This document shows, piece after piece, positions 35,923-43,472 of a stretch of 43,472 nt of DNA. A program made the translations under genes and the position numbers. Position 1 is the stretch's first letter, and every line of letters starts with the position of its first letter. The notes under the pieces were generated by a model. That model was not told the origin of the DNA. It did not search any database and was given only the letters and a program-made list of their open reading frames with translations. The DNA lies in the NCBI GenBank assembly GCA_043815885.1, contig JBDRIL010000043.1:1-43472 (forward strand). The letters run 5' to 3'. This stretch comes from an archaeon (lineage in GTDB: Archaea; Iainarchaeota; Iainarchaeia; Iainarchaeales; 1-14-0-10-31-34).

Positions 35923-38900
35923 GTGATTGGAGAAAAGCTTGCGGCAGTGTACAGTAAGTTAGAGAATGGCTTTTATTCAATACTGGATTTCATTGATTCA
36001 AAGGGAGTTCCTGTTTATTCAGTGATTGACCCTATTGAAGAGAGAGGGATTCCTGCTTTTCCGTTGTTTATTGCATTGCTGGTAATACTTATTTCTGCTT
36101 TGTTTGCTTTTTCTGTTGTAGGAACAGGGATTGCCCCGACATTCCAGTTCTCTATTGTGGATGAACAGGGAAATTCATTGAGTGGAGTAATTGTTTCAAT
36201 TTATAACGGGAAAGGAGAAAAGATAGCTGATTCAATTACTGCAGGAGACAAGGTAAGCTATAAAATGGGGGAAAAGATTCCTGCAGGAGAGAAGATAAGG
36301 ATTGTGGGGAGAAAGGACGGATACCAGGAAGGAGAGTATGTAATACCAAAGTTAACTGAAGAAAACCTGCAGATTCCATTGATACTGGAAAAGATTGGGG
36401 GAATGGTTACAGGAAGCATTAGGTTTTATGACGAGATTTCAGGAACGCCAATTCCTTATGTTGAAGCAATAGTATTGTTTGATGATGAATCAATTGAAAG
36501 AGTAAGCGACAATAACGGAGAAATTTCTTTGGGAGCAATTCCAAAAGGAAAAGAACTTTTATTGAGGGCATTTGCTGACGGCTATGAAGATTACGAGGAA
36601 GGAATTTCATTTGAATCCACTTACACTAAATCTGTTTTCATGACTCCAGAGAGCATTGCACTCGAAGGAGAGTCTTTGCTGACTATTACTGTGATTGATA
36701 AGGAAACCAGGGAATTCATTGATGGAGCAAGGGTGCAGGTTTACGATAATGAAACATCTGCATTGCTTATAGATAAAATAATTGAGGCAGGGGTTTTTTC
36801 AGAATTAGTTCCAAAGGGAACAGTTGTAAGGATTGTTGCAGAGAAAGAAGGCTATGTGAAGTATGATTCACTGGATGAAGAAAAAGTTATTACAATAAGA
36901 GCAGAGCATGAGGATTGGGGGAAGGTTGAATTATCAAAAGGAGGGGAGCTTCTGCAGGTTAATGTAATTGACAGTGAATCAGAGATGCCTTTAATTGGGG
37001 CAGAGATAACACTGTTTAATTCCGGGGGAGAGGTAATTGATTCAGGGATAACTGAATTCGGGGGATTTGTTGAATTCAGGGACTTGAATGCTAATTCAAC
37101 TTACTTTATTGGAGGGCAAGCTGAAGGATATCTTCCAACAACAATGGAATTCATTCCAAAGGCAAGAAAATCAATTGATTTTAAATTGGATAGAATGACT
37201 TCAAGCAATTCAGGAATGCTTATAGTTCATGTAATTGATTCAAGAAGGCAGGAAGCAAACAATGCAACACTTAAATTCTTTGAATTTGCAGAGGAAGGAA
37301 TTATTCCTTTAGGAATTAAACCACAGGAAACGAGTATTGATGGAAGTTATTCATTGAAGGTAGCGTTAGGAAAGAATGTTTACGTTGAAGCAATCAAGGG
37401 ACTGGAGAAAGGAGACGGAAATAAATTAATTGAAACAGGAACAAATGATCTGCTCATTGAATTGGAATTGAGCAAGACAGTGAAGTTATTGAGGTTCAAG
37501 GATGAAAATGGAAATTATCTGCAGGAAGGAAGAGTGGTGATAAGGAGCAGTGACGGTTTAACCTTATTTGATGGAAATATAGAGGAAGGAGAAATATTAT
37601 TTGATACTTTTGGAAACAAGTATCTGGAGATAGAGGTAACAACCCCTGATGGAAGGAAGTACACTGAACAGGTTACTGTTGGGGACGAGGATGAAATAGA
37701 GATTAATGTAAGGCCTGTTTCATTCAGTGAACTGGCTCCGGAAATTAGTTTCATTGAAGTAAGGGATTTAGATGGAGAGACGGTTGAAGGGTTAACCAAA
37801 GGAAAAGAATATGTACTGGTATTTGAAACCAAATGGATTGAGGGAAGATACAATGGAGGAGTTCATGTAAGGGTCGGCCCGGACAACATCAAGTATGTGG
37901 ATTCACAGCATGTGGGAATAGTTGGATTTGATTCATTAACCAAGAATTATTTTTACGGGAGAACGTATTCAGGGAAAAACGAGGGAATTGATTACAGCAA
38001 TAAAGGAAAGAGCGGGGAATACAATAAATTCCTTGAACTGTATCTGGACAATCCTTCCGGAAATAAAATAATTAAAGTAAAAGTAAAAGTAAGAGAAACA
38101 TTCAATGGAGAAACATTCCAGGTGCATTTCCGTGCATGGAGCAATATGAGTGGAAGCTATTACAGGGCTCCAGAGGATGCGGAATTGGGAGAAGAGGAAT
38201 TCAATGAATTAAAGTCTGGATTGTATGCAGAAACCTTCACTAAGGATATAAGGGTGTTTGATTCAGAACCAACTTGCAGTGAAGAAGTGTGTTCTTCTTA
38301 TTTATTCCTTGATGACACAATGAAAGCCTATGAGAGAACTGAATTCTTTGCAGTAAAGGACAAGGTTTATGCATTGCAGTTTGAGTTGAGCAGTGAAAAG
38401 TCAGCCACTGCAACAGTAAATGCCTCTACTTCAAAGGAAAACCCGAAGATTGCATTCACTGGAAAAGAGCTGGAGGTATTTTCGGATACTTTTATTGATA
38501 ATGAGAGCAGTGAGACAGCAATTCAATTCAATCAAAGCATTCCAAGAGACAGCCCAAAAAAGGCAAGAATTTATTTTAAGGCAAATGAATTAGGGCAGGC
38601 ATTAGTAAAGACACAGGTTATTGCAGGAAATAGCGTGCTGGAGGAAAGCTTTTATTTCAGGGTTTACGAAGAAGAGGAAATGCTTTTCACTATTGAACCA
38701 TCAGTTATTTCGATTGGAAAGGATTTTTTGATTACTTTAAAGAGCAGGAGCGGAGAAGCGATTACAAATGCGGATATAAAGTTCTTTGATTCAAGAGGAA
38801 TAATGGTTGAGAAGATTATAGGAAAGGATGAAGCTGGAAAGGGAAGGAATGGAAGATATGAGGTAAAGAATAACTTTGATGCAGGAAAGTATTTTGTGGA

Positions 38901-41900
38901 AATTACTTCTCCAAGGTACACGCCTGTCAATACAGAGATATTTATTGGAAGGGAAGACGGAATAAAGCTGGATGAAGAAATAATGGTGGACATTCTTCAC
39001 GGAGAAGAAAGCAGAATCATTTTTTCTCCGGTAAGGAATGAGACAACTGCTGACTTAACGAATGTAAGCATTGAATTAAAGTATCCGATTAATTTCCCTA
39101 AGGAATTAAGCCTTACCGCAGTCATTCCTGAATTCATTCCAAAGAATGAAGGAACACAGATAGAATTAAGTGCAACCTATACCGGAGTAAAGGATGAAAT
39201 ATCCCATGGAGAGGCAGAGGCAATCATTACTGGCTATGCAGAGGGAAGCTATCCAATAAGGGCAAAGACAAGAATAATAGTGAATTACAACAGGAAACTT
39301 GATCCAAAGTGCTTGAAGTTTGACAGGCCGGAATTAAAGGAGTACTTGATTGGAGTAGAGGGAAACAGCAAGCAAATGGAATTAAAGATAAAGAATGAAT
39401 GCGGGGTTCCGCTTACATTAATTCCTGAATTTGTTTCAAGAGGAGAAGCAGATGAAGGACTGGAGTTTTCATTCGGGGAAATAAAGCTAATGGAGGGAGA
39501 AGAAAAGACAGTCAAAGTAAGCGTAATGAATAAGATAATGAGGGCGTTTGCAGAACAGAAGGAAGTGGAATACGATTTATTCCTGCATTCGAATCAATTG
39601 AGCAGAAGCATTCCAATAAAGATAATTTTATGGGATGAAAAGTTTTCATTGGAAGTAACCCCTCAAATAGTAATTTACATGACTCAAACACAGAGAGGAG
39701 TGAAGGCAACTGCATTCAGGGACATCTATGTAAGGAATACTGCTTATGCAGACATAGAGAACCTGAATATAGGGATTGACAGCAAGGCTGACTGGCAGCA
39801 ATTAGGCATGCAGATTTTGCCTAAACAGGACGTGGCTGTACTTAAGAAAGGAATGGCTTTAACTCCTCCATTCAGAGTGGTATTTGAATCAGATTCAGAA
39901 AAGAATTTCTTGGTTAACGGAAAGCTTCTTGTGAATGGAAGCATTGAGGGAAGGCAGTATCTGCTTAGAGAAATAGATGTATATGTTCATGTATCTGCTG
40001 GATTTGGCTGTTTAGAGGTATGGGCTGACGAGAGTCTGGACTTTATTTCAAGGGACGTGAAAACAGGATTCATTGAAAGAAAGCTAAGGATAACAAATCA
40101 TTGCCTTGAGCCAGTAGAGATAAGGGGAATAGAAGGAGAAAGGATTGGAGACAACAGGTTCAGCATTAATCCTACTTCAATGCAGTTAATGCCAAGGCAA
40201 AGCGCGGAACTGACTTTAACACTTCATAAGAAACAAGGTTCAACCTGGAAAGGGGAAACAAAGTTAAGGCTTAATGCACTGGCTTTACAGTCTTTAAGGG
40301 AAATCAAGAGCCAGGACATTACTGCATACCTTGAATTAGGAGAAACAACAGTAAGCTGTGGAGGAATCCAAGGAACATGTCTGGTTAGGGGAAAACAGGA
40401 AATAGATGTATGTGAACCAGGAGAAGGAACAAAGGAAGTTTATTTCCCTAAAATGGCTGACAATGATAACTGCAGTGAAGGATACTGTGATTCAGTGCAG
40501 TTATCGAAATTCCTTGCAGAAAAAATCGTTGAACAGATAAGGCAGGCAGAGAGAGGCATTGCAACTGCAAGCCATTCTTCCCTGGAGTTGGGGGGAAAGT
40601 GCATGGTTAATGAAGGCTATTGTTCCTTTGGAGCATTAGGAGTGCTGAGCAAAAGCTTTGAGGTATTCATGGTTAACGACAAGCTTGGAAAGCATGCTTT
40701 TGAGAGGATAGTGAGAGAGGGAAAGTATGATGAATTGCAGAATCCGTTTGTAAGGGAAATGGATGCAGCAGAATTAGGGCCAATAGTGAGAGGCGGATTC
40801 AGCGGAAGGACAGTAATCCTTCCAACTAAATTCGAGGGATGCGGAAGATATACTGTAAGGATTAATGGAGCAGTACAGGTGTACGGAACAGAGCTTGTTC
40901 CGGAAAACATGGCAATACATGTAGAACTGGAAAAAGAAAGAGAGACAACCCCAGAATGCGAGAACAGGATTCAGAATGTAATGAACTTTATTCCGATAGA
41001 TGGCGGGCTGAATTACGGTACAAGGGAAGAGACATGGCTGGGGTTGATTCAATCCAATAACGAAATGAAACCGATTACAGAAGACTTTTCTGACGGATTG
41101 TTTGGAACAAAGGAAAGAGTTGTTTCCTCTCCGGCAAACAATTACATTAAGTTTGCATTCGGTGAAACAGGAACAGAGAAGGTAAAGATAGCAATAGACA
41201 AGAGCGGTGCAGCAGGAGAACCAAAAACAGTGAATGTATTCATTAATCCAAACTACAAGGAAACAGGGGAAGAAGAACTAAAGAAAAACATTGCATCAGA
41301 TGCAGGAAAAATAATCAGGAGCCTAAAGAACGGAGTAATAGAGAAAGGATGCATCAGCCCGGAAGAAGATTATCTGCTGATTAGTTCTACAAGTGATTTG
41401 GTTGAAGAGGCCGACCTGAAATTTGAACCTCTGGAAGTAAATACAATTAAATTATATATAGGGAAAGAGAACTGCATTGACTTCAATGTTTCAAGCAAAC
41501 TGAAAGCAAAGATGACTTTAAAGTATTCCTTTGAAGAAACAAGAGGAGTCACTTTTGTTGGATTCAAGAATGAAAGAGACGACAAGGAATTAAAGCAGGA
41601 ACTTGTACTGAATGAAAACGAATTCAAGAAATACGATACAAGATACAAGAGAAGCTTCCTGCTCTGCGTTACAGGACATGCAGATGATTTAAGCAAGGCA
41701 CAAGGCGCACCAATAGAAATGTATATTGAGAACACTGAAACAAAAAAAGAAATAAAGATTAATCTCTGCGGGATTCATCCACTTGATTTAGTGAAGAGAG
41801 CAAATGAGTGGGCAGAGGCAGAAAATGAAAAACTAAAGATAGGAGACAAACCCTATTATGCCACTGTTGGATGGAAGGGAGGAGACAACGAAATCACACT

Positions 41901-43472
41901 GCCAGATATAATGAATAAACTGAAAGAAGAAGACCCGGAAAAATATGATCCGGACATACAATGGAACAACGCAATAAAGACAAAGAAGTTGGGCGGGGTT
42001 GGAGCTTATGCTGCTGGGTGCGCACTTGGGTCATTGATTGCTATCCCAATAAAAGGTGTTGCAACAGTGCCAGAAATGCTTTGGAATTGCGGTATTCCAG
42101 TTGGTGCCGGATTACTGGACACTGTGGGAGCATGGAAAGTCATTGCTAATACTGTGAAAAATGCATGGGGGCATTTTAACTCAATTTTGCCAGGAGGAGA
42201 CCCTTACGCTCCGCAGGAAACAAAAGAAATAATAGCCAGAGGAGAGCAGACGCCTCAAATGAAGGGAAGCGCGTTTGGTGAATACGATAGAAGCGATGTG
42301 AGGGTTATTGGATGGACTGGAGCAGGAGCAGTTCTCTCAAAATCAATTTACAGTGCAGCTAAAATAAAGCCTGAATTGGCGGCAAGCACCTTGAGTAAAA
42401 TAAAGAGTGTTGCAAAGAATCTTGGAATAAATGAAGAGGAAGCAAAGAAACTGCTTGCCGGCTCAAAAGAGATTACGCCTGAAACCCTTGAAAAAACCGC
42501 TAAGGAAATAGGGATTTCAGCGGAAGAATTAAAGAGTAGACTGGATTCAACAGAATTAAGAAACAGAATAGCTAATGTCGGAGGGGAAACAGTTTCACCA
42601 GAGCAGCTTCAAAAGAATATTGCTTCTTTGCAGGACGATATTACAAAAATGAACAAGGAGTTTACGGACTTGGATGATCTTTTTTCAAAAACCAAGGTAA
42701 AATCAATTGAGTATGATGACCTTACAAAAGGTTTCAAATATACTGGTGACGAGCCAATCAGCAAAGCAACCGGTGACCGAGTTATTAACAAATTAAAGTC
42801 ATTGGGGATGGATAAGCCGGAAGAATTTTTTACGACTAGTCAAGGAATTGATGACATTAAAGGACAATTAGTTAAATTGGAGGGAGGACTGCAATCAAAA
42901 GCTGAATCAGTTTTGAATCAGGCTAAAGCACTCTCGGGGGAAACTGATGAAGGAAAACAGTTGTTTTCAAAGGCAAAGGAACTGAGTGAAGAAATCGGAG
43001 GAGTTGCGAAAAAAGGAGGAAAATTAGATGATACAATTAGGGTTTCAGAGCAATTAGCCAAGAATGCTGAAGTGAAAAAGGCATTTGAATCAGTTTCAAA
43101 GGGAGACATCAGTATAGAACAGGCAGCAAAAAATCTGGAGACAAAGCCATGGGTAAAGACACTTTTTAAACACCTTGGAGTGGGAGTGGTTGCACAGGCA
43201 ATGGGTCTAGTCGGATGGGGTGTTTACTGGGATTTGCAGAAATTGCCTACAGAACTGGAAGTAGATCATTCAGGAACAGAAGACAGGGACATCACATTCA
43301 AGAAGTATGAGACATATGAGGTTAGCGTTGTTAAGACAAAAGGAGGCAATAAGGAAGTAAAGTACAAGCAATTAACTAGTATTGATTCAGTTGATGTAGC
43401 TGAACTTACTGCAAGGAGAATGGATGACTGCACTGGAGAATTCATAAAAAAGGAAATGGATATTCCGAAGAC
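35923..43472 (+). CDS. Giant (>2516 aa, 3'-truncated) membrane-anchored surface protein with carboxypeptidase-regulatory-like beta-sandwich repeats
   Basis: GTG 35923 follows a GGTGA SD. I translated most of the frame by hand and met no stop; the ORF track also lists no stop-terminated ORF in this frame. Begins MIGEKLAAVYSKLENGFYSILDFIDSKGVPVYSVIDPIEERGIPAFPLFIALLVILISALFAF (TM), then repeats such as IVDEQGNSLSGVIV, VIDKETREFIDGARV and VIDSESEMPLIGAEI. Confidence 0.9.
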   Translation, partial: MIGEKLAAVYSKLENGFYSILDFIDSKGVPVYSVIDPIEERGIPAFPLFIALLVILISALFAFSVVGTGIAPTFQFSIVDEQGNSLSGVIVSIYNGKGEKIADSITAGDKVSYKMGEKIPAGEKIRIVGRKDGYQEGEYVIPKLTEENLQIPLILEKIGGMVTGSIRFYDEISGTPIPYVEAIVLFDDESIERVSDNNGEISLGAIPKGKELLLRAFADGYEDYEEGISFESTYTKSVFMTPESIALEGESLLTITVIDKETREFIDGARVQVYDNETSALLIDKIIEAGVFSELVPKGTVVRIVAEKEGYVKYDSLDEEKVITIRAEHEDWGKVELSKGGELLQVNVIDSESEMPLIGAEITLFNSGGEVIDSGITEFGGFVEFRDLNANSTYFIGGQAEGYLPTTMEFIPKARKSIDFKLDRMTSSNSGMLIVHVIDSRRQEANNATLKFFEFAEEGIIPLGIKPQETSIDGSYSLKVALGKNVYVEAIKGLEKGDGNKLIETGTNDLLIELELSKTVKLLRFKDENGNYLQEGRVVIRSSDGLTLFDGNIEEGEILFDTFGNKYLEIEVTTPDGRKYTEQVTVGDEDEIEINVRPVSFSELAPEISFIEVRDLDGETVEGLTKGKEYVLVFETKWIEGRYNGGVHVRVGPDNIKYVDSQHVGIVGFDSLTKNYFYGRTYSGKNEGIDYSNKGKSGEYNKFLELYLDNPSGNKIIKVKVKVRETFNGETFQVHFRAWSNMSGSYYRAPEDAELGEEEFNELKSGLYAETFTKDIRVFDSEPTCSEEVCSSYLFLDDTMKAYERTEFFAVKDKVYALQFELSSEKSATATVNASTSKENPKIAFTGKELEVFSDTFIDNESSETAIQFNQSIPRDSPKKARIYFKANELGQALVKTQVIAGNSVLEESFYFRVYEEEEMLFTIEPSVISIGKDFLITLKSRSGEAITNADIKFFDSRGIMVEKIIGKDEAGKGRNGRYEVKNNFDAGKYFVEITSPRYTPVNTEIFIGREDGIKLDEEIMVDILHGEESRIIFSPVRNETTADLTNVSIELKYPINFPKELSLTAVIPEFIPKNEGTQIELSATYTGVKDEISHGEAEAIITGYAEGSYPIRAKTRIIVNYNRKLDPKCLKFDRPELKEYLIGVEGNSKQMELKIKNECGVPLTLIPEFVSRGEADEGLEFSFGEIKLMEGEEKTVKVSVMNKIMRAFAEQKEVEYDLFLHSNQLSRSIPIKIILWDEKFSLEVTPQIVIYMTQTQRGVKATAFRDIYVRNTAYADIENLNIGIDSKADWQQLGMQILPKQDVAVLKKGMALTPPFRVVFESDSEKNFLVNGKLLVNGSIEGRQYLLREIDVYVHVSAGFGCLEVWADESLDFISRDVKTGFIERKLRITNHCLEPVEIRGIEGERIGDNRFSINPTSMQLMPRQSAELTLTLHKKQGSTWKGETKLRLNALALQSLREIKSQDITAYLELGETTVSCGGIQGTCLVRGKQEIDVCEPGEGTKEVYFPKMADNDNCSEGYCDSVQLSKFLAEKIVEQIRQAERGIATASHSSLELGGKCMVNEGYCSFGALGVLSKSFEVFMVNDKLGKHAFERIVREGKYDELQNPFVREMDAAELGPIVRGGFSGRTVILPTKFEGCGRYTVRINGAVQVYGTELVPENMAIHVELEKERETTPECENRIQNVMNFIPIDGGLNYGTREETWLGLIQSNNEMKPITEDFSDGLFGTKERVVSSPANNYIKFAFGETGTEKVKIAIDKSGAAGEPKTVNVFINPNYKETGEEELKKNIASDAGKIIRSLKNGVIEKGCISPEEDYLLISSTSDLVEEADLKFEPLEVNTIKLYIGKENCIDFNVSSKLKAKMTLKYSFEETRGVTFVGFKNERDDKELKQELVLNENEFKKYDTRYKRSFLLCVTGHADDLSKAQGAPIEMYIENTETKKEIKINLCGIHPLDLVKRANEWAEAENEKLKIGDKPYYATVGWKGGDNEITLPDIMNKLKEEDPEKYDPDIQWNNAIKTKKLGGVGAYAAGCALGSLIAIPIKGVATVPEMLWNCGIPVGAGLLDTVGAWKVIANTVKNAWGHFNSILPGGDPYAPQETKEIIARGEQTPQMKGSAFGEYDRSDVRVIGWTGAGAVLSKSIYSAAKIKPELAASTLSKIKSVAKNLGINEEEAKKLLAGSKEITPETLEKTAKEIGISAEELKSRLDSTELRNRIANVGGETVSPEQLQKNIASLQDDITKMNKEFTDLDDLFSKTKVKSIEYDDLTKGFKYTGDEPISKATGDRVINKLKSLGMDKPEEFFTTSQGIDDIKGQLVKLEGGLQSKAESVLNQAKALSGETDEGKQLFSKAKELSEEIGGVAKKGGKLDDTIRVSEQLAKNAEVKKAFESVSKGDISIEQAAKNLETKPWVKTLFKHLGVGVVAQAMGLVGWGVYWDLQKLPTELEVDHSGTEDRDITFKKYETYEVSVVKTKGGNKEVKYKQLTSIDSVDVAELTARRMDDCTGEFIKKEMDIPK

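Noticed and set aside
36419..43109. Many short ORFs in the track across the last 7 kb, mostly on the minus strand
   Set aside because: They are shadows of the giant plus-strand gene: Ser/Phe/Ile-rich antisense translations of purine-rich codons, without motifs.
1..43472. tRNA, rRNA, integrase or prophage genes
   Set aside because: Intergenic gaps are short and AT-rich, with no cloverleaf or rRNA-like segment; I recognised no recombinase or viral hallmark motifs.

Overview
AT-rich, densely coding archaeal DNA. TATA-type promoters, GGTGA/GGAGG Shine-Dalgarno sites, a PAC2 proteasome chaperone, an archaeosortase and class III signal peptides support an archaeon. Gene style suggests a DPANN lineage such as Ca. 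Diapherotrites/Iainarchaeota (inference). The window is almost entirely cell-surface biology. (1) 1-9.2 kb: surface-glycan cluster with two Wzx flippases, an acetyltransferase, a GT-C transferase, an FAD oxidoreductase, two SAM methyltransferases, a DegT/VioA-like aminotransferase and an EamA/ArnE-F-like transporter. (2) A 666-aa secreted, membrane-anchored glycoprotein. (3) Type IV pilus motor operon A, whose ATPase is fused to an N-terminal 16-Cys, putative 4x[4Fe-4S] ferredoxin domain. It is preceded by a palindrome-rich promoter and followed by a DUF4258/YgiT toxin-antitoxin-like pair. (4) Small regulators, PAC2, and a gene split by a -1 frameshift at an A10 run. (5) A 1492-aa surface protein. 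(6) Type IV pilus locus B: ATPase, fused double-domain platform and seven pilin-like genes, including a 53-aa mini-pilin missed by the ORF track. (7) An archaeosortase. (8) A giant ORF of more than 2516 aa (35923 to window end), absent from the ORF track because it has no stop. It has an N-terminal anchor, beta-sandwich repeats, a Cys-rich region and a distal glycine-rich hydrophobic/helical module. I recognised no rRNA, tRNA, CRISPR array or transposase. All family assignments come from motifs read by eye; no searches were run.
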